Assembly (NCBI RefSeq): GCF_009834535.1
Contig: NC_045716.1
Location: 20,894,001-20,958,000 of the forward strand
Origin: Camelus ferus
Taxonomy: Eukaryota
Length of the DNA stretch: 64,000 bases
Direction: 5' to 3'
The translations under genes and the position numbers were made by a program. The notes beneath the pieces were generated by a model that saw only the letters and a list, made by a program, of their open reading frames with translations, had not been told where the DNA came from and searched no databases. Shown piece by piece: positions 13,501 to 25,249 of the stretch (position 1 is its first letter; the number at the start of each line of letters is the position of its first letter).

Positions 13501-16500
13501 TGGCTGGATCCTGGGTACTAGGATGATACTGATCCATTCAGCCCACAGGGCATCAGGCAGGGCTTGGAGCAGGCAGAGTCCTGGCTCACTGGTTTCCACA
13601 GGCCCAGTCTGTACCATTTCTCCTAGTGTGCTTCAAAGATTGTGTGTGCCATGACATGAAAAAAGTCCCTGCCTTCAAGAAACTTACAGTCCAGTGAGAA
13701 GAATGACAAGTTCCCAAACAACTGTAGCAAAGGCAGTTAAAAGATACGGGCAACAAGTGTGGTTCAAACATCCCCTGAAAGAACTGGCTGGTCCCCCATT
13801 TGTGCTTTTTCATGTAAGCCCCCCCCATCAATCCCTGACCCCGTACCTGGATCACTGCCACCAATCACTCTCCTGTCAGACCATACTCCATTCTTCCTGA
13901 CTCAAAACTCCTGAAGTCTTCCTGATGACTTTCAGCTTGCTCTTTTTCATTCTGTGTCCCTACATTACTCATTTGTTTGGGGAGGCATCATACTTACACT
14001 GATGCATTTGTGCTTGCTCTGTAAACGTGCCATTTTTCATGTGTGTTTTCTTGCCTTTACTCCCACAGTAAAGGCCCTACCTTACAGTTCTATGTTACCT
14101 CACGGTAGTCAGCACACAAAGATTTTAATTAGTAACTGCTGCCAAATGTAGTATAAAAAAAAAAAAACCTGTAAGAGAAATGTCTTGGTACTTAAACATG
14201 GGGGATTAGAGAAGGGGCAGGAAGGAAAGGACAGGCATCTGCTGAGTACCTACTACGTGTCAGGTAATTTACTCACATTTTTTCATTCAATCCTGACAGT
14301 AAAATTTCAAGGGAGGCATTATTACCTCAATTTTACAGGTAAGGAAAGTAAGGCTCGGAGAGGTTAAATAATGGCTAGTAAATGGCAAAACCAGGACTTG
14401 AATCTGTTCAGCCTCTCAAGCTTTTGCAGCGACACCACGCTGAGCTGTCCGTGTACGTCCAGGTCTGAGATCCGTGCTGACCAGATCCCACTAGATCCCA
14501 CATGCTACAGCTGAGAGCACAAGCCACAAAATCAGAAATACACGTTTGAGTCTCAGCTTTGCCACTTATTGGCTGGGGGATCCCCAATGAGCCATTTAAC
14601 TCCCCAAGCCTCAGTTGGAAATAGTACTTAGCCATGTCACAGCGATGTTCTAAAGACTGCATGAGCTACTACCCATGAAAATACATATAAACTAAAAATT
14701 TTAACAGAGTTCCAGGATTATTATTCTCTCTGGCCTGCCAAGATGTCAAACTCAACCAAAGAAAAAGCCTTACGCTCCAAACACTCCAGCATTCTCGATC
14801 TTTTCTCTCTGTTCCATGCTCCCGCTGCCTCAGGGGCTAGTGACCATCTTCCTTATCTTCTGACCATGTAGACCCTTCTCCTTCCCAGCAGACAACACAG
14901 AACCACCTCACTACGGGATGTACAGGGTTTTCACAAAGTCCCCCACTACGTTTAAACTTTAACATCTTAGGCAATACGTCCAATGGAAACGATCTAAATA
15001 TAAAATGTTATCAAGTTTAAGACTATTACATTTATAAAACTGTACAAGCCTATTTTTATTTTTCAGATCCTGTGACAAACAAAAAGTGGCTACTCTGCAA
15101 GTGTAGGCAAACTGTCCTACAGCTAATAGAATTGATGGCCAGATCAGCTGGGGAAAGAAAATTCAATTTTTCTTTAAATGTCAGATTGTTTCCATTACAC
15201 TTGTCAACCTAAATTTAAAGTTTAAAAGCATGCACACACACACACAGCTGTACAAAGACTTCAGGAACACATTATTTCTGGATTGAGAGGACTGCTACGG
15301 TTACTCACAATCACCCTTCTCTCTTTGAACATCTTATACTAATCTACTGAACCCTGTCTCACGATGGGCACCAAATATGACAGACTCCCTAAAACAGAAC
15401 ACTAAGACCCTCAAAAAATGTGCTGAGACCCTAAACCCTTGTTAAGTCATGACTATTCATCTTTGAGGGATGGGCAGAAATAAACCTTTACCTCTTAAGG
15501 CTGACAAACAGAGTTCCAAGACATTCAGTAATCTACCCAGGGTCGCAGAGGAAGTCTAGGGCATTGGGAGGGTGGAGAAATAGAATGAGAACAACCTCCT
15601 GCCCCTTGAACTAACTTCAGCCATCTAAAAAAAGTTGGAATATGGAACTCAGCAGTTCACTGTGAAAAAGAAAAGCGGTTTAGATGCCACTCAAAGCACT
15701 TATGGGCATGTGGGGACCTGAATGAAAACTAACAGAAATCAAAAGGAAATCTCAGCAAGGAATTATCTAAGTACCTCACAAAAGAAAATAAATTTCAGTT
15801 TAGAGTACCAAAAAGCAGGAGATGAGTAATCCAAATGCTAAAAGATGTGCCTGTATCTTCTAGTTATGGGCCAGGGGAGGGGAGATGCAGCTGTCCTGGG
15901 GCATTTGAAAGAAAATCAATCAATTCAGTTTCCATCAAAAATCAGCTGGAGGCGATGGGCTCAGCCTTAGCACAGTATTTAATTTAGACACATGGAGAAC
16001 TTCCTTGATGGTGAGAGGTACAGGAGCAGATTGCATGTTTTTCCCTTTATCATGGTAAAATATATAAACATAAANNNNNNNNNNNNNNNNNNNNNNNNNN
16101 NNNNNNNNNNNNNNNNNNNNNNNNNNNNNNNNNNNNNNNNNNNNNNNNNNNNNNNNNNNNNNNNNNNNNNNNNNNNNNNNNNNNNNNNNNNNNNNNNNNN
16201 NNNNNNNNNNNNNNNNNNNNNNNNNNNNNNNNNCACCCCATAACCTCTACTCTACTTTCTATCTCTGAATCTACCTGTTCTAGGTACCTCATATAAATGG
16301 AATTATACAATATGTATCCTTTTGTGTCTAGCTGATTTTACTCAGNNNNNNNNNNNNNNNNNNNNNNNNNNNNNNNNNNNNNNNNNNNNNNNNNNNNNNN
16401 NNNNNNNNNNNNNNNNNNNNNNNNNNNNNNNNNNNNNNNNNNNNNNNNNNNNNNNNNNNNNNNNNNNNNNNNNNNNNNNNNNNNNNNNNNNNNNNNNNNN

Positions 16501-19500
16501 NNNNNNCTATGAACACCGATGTACAAGTATCTGAGTCCCTGTTTTCAATTCTTTTCACCTAGGAGTGAAACTGCTGCATCATACATGGTAATTCTAATTA
16601 ATTTTGCGGGGATCTGCCAAACTGTTTTCCACAGGAGTATATTAAATGGACACTGTGGAGTCAACTCCTAGAGAGTGCTGAAGACCAGCAAACGGTGATC
16701 TGAGTGGGTCTGTGCCATGAGACCCAAAAAGAAGGGTGATGCTAGAGATTCGGGGGCACCCAGGGCTGGAAGAGGTATGCTGGGCCAGAACAGGCATTTT
16801 GGGGTTTGGGAGGCACAAACTGGTTGTATCTTTTAAGAAGAAAGTACTGTATTTCTTCTTGGCCTCACAAGAGCCCAAGCCTCAATGGCCACCACTGTCC
16901 TCTCTGTTCCTGCTGCCAAGAGTGACAAGACACACACACCCCGAGACTGCTGAGCAAGAACGGAAACAGACATTTTCCATTAAGCCAAGCCCAGTGGGAT
17001 CTGCTAATCTATCAGAGCCTCATTCCCCATGGCAGCCTCCCTCTTATCTTCCCATGCTCTGGTTCTGACAGACTCCTGCTCCAAAAAGCAATCACTAGTT
17101 GCCAGGGCCAGGAGCCAAGAAGGAAATCAGGGCCCAAGAACAGACCTCTCCCCTCACCACCCCCACCCCACGCCTCCCAAACTCGAACCACTACCACACT
17201 CCTCTCTGCTATTTTCCCTATTAGCTAGAGTCATCAACTTTTTTTTACTCTTTGGTCTCAAATATCTTCTTACATCTGCGCTTCAGCTAGGACATCACTT
17301 TCTCTCCCACTTTTGCACTGCTCATTGTATCGCTTTCGTATTTCTGGTCGCCCAAGGCTCTTCTATCTTTTCGGTAGACACTATGATAGAAGAGAACAGA
17401 ACACACCTGGGTGCAAATACGACTTCTGCTCCTCCCAAACTGTGTGATTTTAAGCACCTGTTTTCTAAACTCTACTTCCTGACCTGTAAACTAGGGGTAA
17501 TACTCAGCTTACAGAGTCACTGAAGTGCCCAGCAGTGTCAGATCCCAAGCACGTGCCCCACAGACATCAGCGCGTATCTTTCCTTTCTGTCAAGGGCTAA
17601 ATCTTAGCTACACTCACCACAGTCAACTCTTAATTACTTGGCTAACAGAAATGACCAAAATTAGTGAAATCTCAATCTCATAGCTTCAAATTTTCCACAC
17701 CTGGGAAAACAACCTGAAAGTATAGGGAATATTAACCCAGATAACCCTAAAATGTCTATTCATGTTGGAATGCACACTGTATGATCGAAAACTTAGAGTA
17801 AACTTATTCTAGTTTTGTTGTTTTTGTATCCTAATTTTACAAGTCTAAATCTCTTAAGCCTGCAAAATCAATTAACCAATATTTGGAGGTAGCCTGGGTC
17901 AGAAAAAGAAAAGTAAAAAGGGAAAAGGAGAGGATGATTATTCATTTTATGGCTCATTCCTAATTCTTCATGAGTCAAAAGTTGACTGAACTTGACTTTG
18001 CAATACACCTGGAGAGAGAATCTGGTATTAGCCTGTCCCCTGACTGCAGCTGATTGATGGGCTCACCCAGGTCAAACCAAATGTATTCTGTCCCCTGGGA
18101 AAACATCAAGCGGGACTCAGATTATGGTTCAATCTGGGCCAATCACTAAAAGAAAGGAAATAAAACCAAGAAGGTACAGGTGGCCATCTTTCACCTGCAG
18201 CCAAGGTTAAGAAGTGGAAACCAGTCTGCAAAGAATGAATTGAATGTGCAAAGAGAAGCTGTGTGGGTCCCCAACAGATCTCCAGATCCTGATTCCAGGC
18301 CCTACCCAAGGTACCTCAGTATATTTATGATGTGTTTCCATTTAAGCTAACTTGAAGTGGTTTCTGATACTTGTAACCAATTAAATCTAACTACTCTCCA
18401 ATCTGCTCTGTCTCTGTACTCCCTAAATGAATGGCACCACTACCGTCCCAGCTGCCTAAGCCGAAAGGCAGGGGTCAGCCTTGAATCCTCTCCTTCACAA
18501 CATCCAATCAGTTCCCATCTTGACACTTCTACCTCCTAAACAGACCTAGAGCCTACAGCTCTCTCCATCCCCTGCTACTCCTTTAGCCAGGCTGCCATTA
18601 TCTCTCACACTGTCTCTGCCAGTCTTGCTCCCTCCATGTCTTTTGCCACCCTGTGATCAAAGAATTCCTGTGATCAAAGAATTCTTGCTCAGACATTAAG
18701 GGCTCTTCACTACCCCAGAATTACGTACAAAGGCCTTGGCATGGTATCCAAGGCCCATTATCATCTGGCCTCAGCATCTTTCTCTAACCTCATCGCTCAC
18801 CACTCCCCTAGCCCCACTGGTGCACTCCAGCCACTGTGCCTTATTACCTAAGGTTCATCCAAAGCACTGTCATTCTCTCTCACCTCTGGGCTTCTGTACA
18901 TTCCATTCCCTCTGCCTAATGTGCTCCTCTCCACCGGCCCTTTCTCTGGCTACCTCCTCCTCAACTCCCATGTCTCTGTTAGACATCATCTTGTCCCGGA
19001 AGCCTCCCCAACCTCTGGACTGGCTTAGTGCCCTCTTGGAGTGCTCCCATGGCTCTTCCCTGACTTGACCTAAAATCTATTTCCTTCTCTGTTGGTCTCC
19101 CCCAGTAGATCACAAGCTCCTTTTGTGACAGGGTCTATCCTGTTCACTGCTGTACTCTTAGCTCCTGGCACAGAGAAACAGCTCAATATTGAATGAATGA
19201 ATGAATGAATGAAGAGTTCAGAGTTAATTACCTTTACTTTAGCACCAGACCCTAAAGGGAAACTACTTAAGGAAACCTAATTCACTCCTTCAAACATTTA
19301 CTGAGAGCCCAATAAGCATAAGACACAGAGCTTAGAACCATGAGGCCGTAGACCCACAACTATTTCAAAGGCAAAAGTCACCCTCACCTAATCATCTTGA
19401 ACTCTTGTGGGCTACCTTTCCCAGGAATTTTATGTTCAGAGAACAAAAATACCAACTTGAACAGAAAAAAAGTGAGACACTGAACTAGCTAAGGGCTAGA

Positions 19501-21845
19501 ATTTGGCTTTATTTTACTTACCCATGTCACTGTTCACCTCAGGAATTTAGAGAATTATACTTACAAAGAACGGATAGTTACAAGTCCTCCGAGTTTTCCA
19601 CCACTTCAGTCAGCCTAAATGGAGGATTCTACAGCCTCTACCAGCATAAATGACTCAGACCTAGAAATGAGCCTTTCCACTGTCACCGCGGAGGGAGGCA
19701 GGCTGGCTCAAAGTGCCATCTTCCCCCACGTATCACAATTAGGCCAAGAGAAAGTTTGGGGAGAAGATTATGAAAAGAGAATACAAACAAACAAAAAAAC
19801 CTATTTTCCTGTCTTATTCAGGGACTTTCTTTTGTCCCAGGTTAAATCAAGGCCAAAGTAAGCTTCAACGGAGCAACAGGTTTTGGGGGGAACCTAGACT
19901 TAGAAATGACAGGCTCGGGAGAAAGAAGTGGGTAATGATATGGAAAAAAGTTTGGAACAAGGTAGTAAGGGAGACTCTGGAATTTCCTTCCATGAAGAAT
20001 ATTCATTTGAGTTCATTCACTCAGAAAATATTTAGGTAGTATTCAGTATGTGCAGGCATTGTTCTACCCACTAAGGATATAGCAGCGAATAAAACACACA
20101 ATAAGGCCTGCCTTCATGGAGCTTGTACACTAGCAGAAGGAGAAAGACAAATAAAATATATAGTATGTTAGATAGTGGTAAAGCATTTTAGATGGTGGTG
20201 CCCTGGAGGAAAATAAAGAAGCAGGGTGAGGAGGAGTGGGTGATAGGAAGTTGCAATTTAAATAGGTCAGATAGGAAGTCCTCACTAAGAATCTGTCTTT
20301 TAAGCCAAGATTTCAAAGAGGTGAGGGAGAGAAAATTAGGACATCTGTGAGATAGGACCAGCAAGCACAAAGAACAGAAATAGCCCCAGGCAGAGTCAGA
20401 AGTCTGAAGAAAAGCAAAGGCAGGAATTAGTATCTCCCAGAGGATAACCAAAGGTGAGCCAGGGATTGACCAATTAACCTTTCAGAAGAGAATGGAAAGA
20501 ACTCCAGATAACTCTAAAAGATTACCTGCCCCTAGGCTGTCTCCTTTATTTCCAAAGCACTCACTCCAGGAGAGGCCTTCAATTTTTCTGCTCCACCATT
20601 CACAAAACAACAGAAGCTTGGTTGCCTCTTCTAGGACCCAAGAGTCCTAAATGTCCTAGGCTTGACAAATACCTAAACAGTGAAACTGAGGCAGAGGCCT
20701 GGAGTTCAGATAGACCCAACTCTTAATCTTCACTCTGCTCTTTACCAGATAAGATCTTACACGCTGGACACCTGTTTCTTGTCCATAAAAGTTAAAATGA
20801 TTTCTCCCAGAGTTCTGTAATAATCAAAGGGCCAATGCCCGGCAAATTATCTCTGTTCAATAAATACTCAATTTCTTCCCTAACTCCCCTCAAAAACAGA
20901 ATCCAGAATTCCTATCCTTGGTTCAGACCCTGATGCTTTTTAAGTTCAGAGGCAAAGGAAAAGGTTAGTCCTGATGTTCAGCAAGGGTTCAAGAATCCTG
21001 TCTCCTGTTACCTCTTCAGGTGCCAGATTTTCTGCTGTTCTCAGTAGAAGGGGAGGTGGGGACTGGTCTGCAGTGAAGATGCAACAAGGGAGAGTGGAAC
21101 CAGTGTCCCTAGGCCTGGGCCTGTCAGTGCCAGGTGATGATAAATGGCCCTTCTGCAGGCAAGTCTTGCTTGGGGAAACCCGCATGGACAAAATATCTTA
21201 ACTCCCCAAAGTTGACAAACTTCAGTTCAATTAATCACACTGTACCAGGGACCCAGTGCTCTGGAATCAATGGATGCATTTATAGGAGGGAGTCCTGGAA
21301 TCTCTACGTCTCTCCTATGGCTGAGCCCATGCCCAAACCCAGTGGAAAATTTGGGGGTGTCCTCCCTGGATACTCACATCCCCCTTATGCAGCTCCGGCG
21401 CCGCAATCTTCACCGGCTCTGTCCTCTTCTTTGGCTTGGGAAGCCCCAAGGGGGGCCCGGCACCGCCGATAGGGGGGGGCAGACTGAGGCCAGGGCCTCG
21501 GGGCGAGGGCAGCCCCAATCCCAGTCCCTCCCCAACTCCCGCCGCTTCAGCCGGGCTCACGCCTGGAGGTGGGGGGAAACCTCCCAGGCCGAAGGGCAAG
21601 GGGGGAGGAGGCTGGAGCCGGGGGTCTCCCGTGGGTGGGGGCAGCAATAGCGGTGGAGGGAAGGTTGGGGCCAGCATCTGGGGGGGCGGAGGCAGCAAGG
21701 CCGGACCCTTGGGTGCAGGGAGAGACGCGAACAAGCCCCCTAAAGTGGGCCCAGGTGTAGGGGCCGCCGCCTCCTCCTCCTCCGGCTCCGGCTCAGCCTC
21801 ATCCGGCTCACTCTCATCGCTGCTGGCGTAAGCAACCAGCGACAT
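1448..21845 (-). CDS. PRCC: PRCC (proline-rich mitotic checkpoint control factor), complete 7-exon CDS, 491 aa
   Basis: complement(join 1448-1534, 2998-3063, 5116-5259, 7096-7191, 9535-10101, 12379-12426, 21378-21845) = 1476 nt. All introns are GT-AG and phase 0. Translation MSLVAYASSDESE...RRKHQITYLIHQ...QAKYGF* matches PRCC as recalled. Confidence 0.98.
2848..2865 (-). promoter_or_regulatory. possible CTCF-like motif (TGGCCGCTAGGTGGGGAT)
   Basis: Partial match to the CTCF core CCASYAGRKGGCR with two deviations; motif evidence only. Confidence 0.25.
2998..3063 (-). CDS. PRCC: PRCC exon 6 (KKGEQPTGQQRRKHQITYLIHQ)
   Basis: 66 nt; AG acceptor and GTGAG donor. Confidence 0.97.
4226..4357. other. 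N gap, 132 nt, PRCC intron 5
   Basis: Run of N. Confidence 0.99.
5116..5259 (-). CDS. PRCC: PRCC exon 5 (FKRLQGKRNRGREE...KTMKSFSK)
   Basis: 144 nt; CAG acceptor and GTAAG donor. Confidence 0.97.
6370..7009 (+). mobile_element. MLT1-family (ERVL-MaLR) LTR remnant, interrupted by an L1 stub
   Basis: MLT1J/K-like segments (ggagctgccacac...cctgcctacctctag...ccaaacctaatcctaactaaaca). Family assigned from memory; boundaries approximate. Confidence 0.65.
6744..6908 (-). mobile_element. 5'-truncated young L1 3' end with poly(A) and target-site duplication
   Basis: Poly-T then aactgaagtatagtcagtttacaatg...; TAGCCTT flanks both sides (6737-6743 and 6909-6915). Confidence 0.8.
7096..7191 (-). CDS. 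PRCC: PRCC exon 4 (DYYSGGYYPAQDP...FIDDEA)
   Basis: 96 nt; CAG acceptor and GTAAG donor. Confidence 0.97.
8741..8927 (-). mobile_element. MIR SINE
   Basis: MIR core (cccattttac...aagtaatttgcccaa...cacacagct). Confidence 0.7.
9535..10101 (-). CDS. PRCC: PRCC exon 3 (GSSEGTGLSALLPQPKN...AAGAYYQ)
   Basis: 567 nt open frame; CAG acceptor and GTGGG donor. Confidence 0.97.
11750..11970 (+). mobile_element. MIR SINE, near full length
   Basis: cagactgcct...ccttgggcaagtt...gaggattaaat...gcacttagaacagtgcc. Confidence 0.75.
12379..12426 (-). CDS. PRCC: PRCC exon 2 (SDSEEDEPTKKKTVLQ)
   Basis: 48 nt; polypyrimidine tract with TAG acceptor and GTAAG donor. Confidence 0.96.
14238..14420 (-). mobile_element. 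MIR SINE
   Basis: ctgagtacctactacgtgtcagg...attttacagg..aggaaagtaaggctcggagaggttaa. Confidence 0.7.
16040..16635 (-). mobile_element. old L1 (L1MA/L1MB-like) 3' fragment containing two N gaps (16075-16233 and 16346-16506)
   Basis: taggtacctcatataaatggaattatacaatat...ctatgaacac...gccaaactgttttccac is typical antisense L1M 3' sequence. Confidence 0.65.
18400..19213 (+). mobile_element. L2 LINE 3' fragment ending in (TGAA)n
   Basis: L2-like body; terminal ctcaatattgaatgaatgaatgaatgaatgaa at about 19182-19213. Confidence 0.7.
20010..20460 (-). mobile_element. L2 LINE 3' fragment
   Basis: ttcattcactcagaaaatattta...gtgcaggcattgttc...gccttcatggagctt. Confidence 0.7.
21378..21845 (-). CDS. PRCC: PRCC exon 1 coding part (156 codons, proline-rich)
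   Basis: GGCGCC-ATG at 21845; GTGAGT donor at 21377. This exon corresponds to the PRCC part of human PRCC-TFE3 fusions (established knowledge). Confidence 0.98.
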
Positions 21846-22430
21846 GGCGCCTCCCGCCTTTGGGGCGCCCTTGCCGGCAGACGAGGCCTACTTGAGACCG
21901 GGGATGCCCAGAGGCCTAGTGGGCCCCGCCACTCGGCGGGGCAGGGAACCAAAAAGCCCGCCTTCTCCGTACTCTAGGGCTAGCCGCGGCAGAAGCCCAT
22001 GCCCACAGTTGAGTTCCCCGAATAAGGCTTCCCTCTTCACTTAAGCTCCTAGTCCCGGGCAACTACACACAGCTAATGGCCGCCGAGTCACTCCGCCTCC
22101 TCTTCGCCTCACCAACATAAGAACTACAACTCCCAGAGAACACTTTGAACACAGCACCATTCTCCACCACAGGGAACTCAGCGCAAGGCACGGCGGGAGT
22201 TGGAGTCCAAGGAAAGATTAAGAGACGCGGAGAAAGACAGGAGGAAAACCCGCCTCTAGCGCGAGGGCTCCTGGGATGAGTAGTTTTTTTGGTTGCCTGG
22301 CAATTCCTAGGTGACTACAAGCCCCATCGGTCACCGCGGTAGTCACGGAGACGGGTAGGAGAGCATTTCGGTATTTGAAGTTCCGTAGGGTAGCTGCTTG
22401 GGCGCTAAGATTTATGGGAGATGTAGTGCC
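21846..22430 (-). promoter_or_regulatory. PRCC: PRCC 5' UTR and CpG-island promoter with ZNF143/SBS-like motifs
   Basis: CpG-rich; ACTACAACTCCCAG at 22123-22136 (+), ACTACATCTCCCA at about 22415-22427 (-), further ACTAC variants and GC boxes. Confidence 0.8.
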
Positions 22431-22899
22431 CTTAGAAACTGCAAGCGATGTCGGGAATGAGAGGGAGTCTGGGAAGGTGGTGGATTGGGGAAAATAGCTT
22501 AAAGGTAAAGTGATCTCTAAATGAACTGATGAAGCTTCGGAGGCGACTGAAACTTGGAGTTGGCCCCAAGAAGAGTCAGGGCCCGAGAGACATGTACGAA
22601 ATTGGGCTGCGAGTCAGAAAGAAGCAAGACTTAACACGTAATAATAAACATCCGAGAGCTGAAATAAATGTGACGTAAGAGGGAGTAAGTGATCTCCCTC
22701 GCCTTGACCAAGGTGCACATCCAGGAGCACACCTAGCCCTTCCAGCCTGGGTCCTGATCTCTCTCTGCAGCAACCAATGAGAGAGAAAGATGGGCAGGGT
22801 CCTGGAAGGCAGAGCCTGGTACTTGAGGTTAATCCAGTCCCTTCAGTCCAGTGGGGGAAGGAGGCCAGCTACATCTCAACCCCCTACATGGATCTGAGG

Positions 22900-23230
22900 C
22901 ATTACCTGAGTCCATCCCTATGTGCCTGTGCCTCCCAACTATCTAACTGCATATGTCCTTTGTTTTTGTCTCTGTTGGTGCCTGGTGTTTGTTGTGCCTT
23001 TGTATGTGACCTTGTTAATCGGTCTCTGTGAGTGTCCTTTATTTCCATCCATTTTTATGTGTGTCCTTTTCCAGCTTACATATGTCTGCCTGAGATTCTG
23101 CACCGTCCTTCCTTGTCCACCTGTAATTTTGTGTCCATTGCTTGTTTATCCATGTTTGCCCCTTCTGTGTGCCTGTAACTGGGTGCCCTCTACTTGTCAA
23201 CTCAGTCTCTGTGTGTCCTTTACATGCTAA
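22900..23230 (+). repeat. GT/pyrimidine-rich, A-poor low-complexity tract
   Basis: Recurrent tgtgtcc/tgtgcc/tttgt units over about 330 nt. Confidence 0.6.
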
Positions 23231-23561
23231 ACAATCTCTTGTGTGGGCTCCATCTCCCTGCTCCCAGAGAGCAGAAGGTTCTGAGCTCAGCCTGTAAGGT
23301 TTGGGGAGGAGGCTAAAGAAGAAGATGGAAAGGATGACGAGGAGGGTGATGATGACAGCAACAACAAAAGGACAGTGAAAGGCCCAAGCGTGAATTCTCC
23401 ATTAGACAAGAGCCTTCTATGACCCCCTCCTCCCCACCTCCATGTGTCTAAATCTCACCCTGCTTTCACCAACAAACTCACATGCTGCCTTTTCCATCTA
23501 TTTGCTTAAATCTGTTTGCTGCCTGCTCTGGATGCCCAGAGCATTTTTTTCTGCCTACCAA

Positions 23562-23730
23562 TTCTTAAACGTGAATTGTGCCTAAGATCACCAGGAAAAC
23601 TTAAGCTTCTTAAAAATGCAAATTTCTAAATTCCAGCCTAAGAAATTTCTCTTCAATAGATGAGGCTCTGGATATTTAAGAAACTTCTCAGTTGATTGCA
23701 AAGCAGATGCACTGAGGACCACACTGAGAA
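23562..23730. mobile_element. MER5-like hAT-Charlie remnant
   Basis: ttcttaaa...gatcacc...ttaaaaatgcaaatt...ggaccacactgagaaa. Confidence 0.5.
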
Positions 23731-25128
23731 AATAGACCTTCCAGTCCAACCTCGAAGCCAGTATGCTTTGCACAGTGCTGACTTGTTTTTTGAATCTAGG
23801 TTCCCCAGCCAACTCTGGTGACTTTGTCCAGTCACTTCTCTTCTCTGAGTCTCACTTTCCTCTTTTGGAAAATGGATAGAGTATGAAGGAGCCCTGCCCT
23901 ACACCTGATATTAACACACAGCAAAATGATTTAGAACCCTAAGAGAATAGGAAACTTTCAAAGGGAAATGACTATCCTTGTTCCTTACCAACACATCTTG
24001 CTGCCCTGCAGTGAAGAGACACCCCAAAAGGGCCAGGATCTGCCCTTTTTTGACAAATTCTTTTTTAAGCAGGGTTGTCTTACTATAAGGATTAATGATT
24101 TATCTTAATAGATAGATACCCTCCCCTCAAAAGATTGTTTTCATGCAAGAAATTGGTAATAGAAATTTCAGGACAGGGATGGGAAGGGAATTTATTTCTC
24201 AGGGTATACTCTTTTCTGCCTTTAGAAATTTGTAACCTGTGTATGTATTATCTATTCAAAAGTAGTAATAACAGTAATAAAGTCTCCCAGTAAAAGATAG
24301 TGAATTAAATAGACATCTAATTTGGTTCCCTCCTGAAATTCTACTAAAACTTCAATTGCAGTATTTTTTTTTTGAAAAGGCATTAAAGATCATTTTGAAA
24401 AGATTTAAACACACAAAGATGGGGACAGAAGAGGAGATCACATTAACATTTTGGAAGGTGGAAAGCAAAATGCACCAACGAAACGCATCGAAGAGAGCTG
24501 AAAAGCAAGCTGGCCTTGGGGAATGATGAGACTCTATCTGAACTATCTGCAAAAACCTCAGATGGCTCAGGAGTGGTTTCATCCAGAAGTGAATGAGGAG
24601 GCAAAGGAACAAAAATGAGGACTGGTTACAAGCTGGTTAAGAAACAGATCCAAAAATCCCCTCCCTCATTTCATGCTAGAGGCAGACTGCCTCTCCCCAA
24701 CCCCAGAAAAAAATATTAGAAAGGTTGTTTTTTGTTTTGTTTTTTTGTTTTCTTTTCAAGAGGTAATAAAACAGAGGGTTTCTGCTGTAGGGAAAACCAG
24801 GCACAGTCAAGGGCAGAGGTATTTTACAGAAATCAAGGGAATTAAAGTGATATGCACATGGAATACTGAGACCTCAGACCTATTTCTCCCAGAAGACTAG
24901 CCACTGACCTTTACCCTCCAGGCTAGGTATCAGAAAACATCTCCACAGGAAAATCTGTTCAGCCCAAGAGGAAAGACCTCTGGAGCCTGATATCAGGGAC
25001 TCCCCCTACAAACTTCTCTACCATCAGGGTCTCAACTGACAAGCCCCAACCACATGCCCAGAGTTACAAGATGGCTTTTTTAGTCCCTCAATCTTTTTTT
25101 TATTTTTTGAAGTATAGTCAGTATTTTT

Positions 25129-25249
25129 TAATTTGGGGAGGATGTAATTATGTTTACTTATTTATTTATTTAGAGGAGGTACTGGGGATCAAACCCAGGA
25201 CTTCATGCATGCTAAACATGCACTCTGCCATTTGAGCTATACCCTCCCC
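25129..25249 (-). mobile_element. tRNA-derived camelid SINE (Vic-1 type)
   Basis: Minus strand reads GGGGAGGGTATAGCTCAAATGGCAGAGTGCATGTTTAGCATGCATGAAGTCCTGGGTTTGATCCCCAGTACCTCC plus an AAAT tail; A and B boxes are visible. Confidence 0.85.

Noticed and set aside
13480-13775. Strong minus-strand donor TAG|GTAAGC at 13485 with a possible acceptor near 13775 in PRCC intron 1
   Set aside because: The candidate exon is largely L2-like, the acceptor choice is arbitrary and such donors are frequent in 9-kb introns.
21844-22044. Plus-strand ORF whose ATG overlaps the PRCC start codon
   Set aside because: It arises from the CATG palindrome of the PRCC Kozak site in GC-rich sequence; the peptide is not recognisable.
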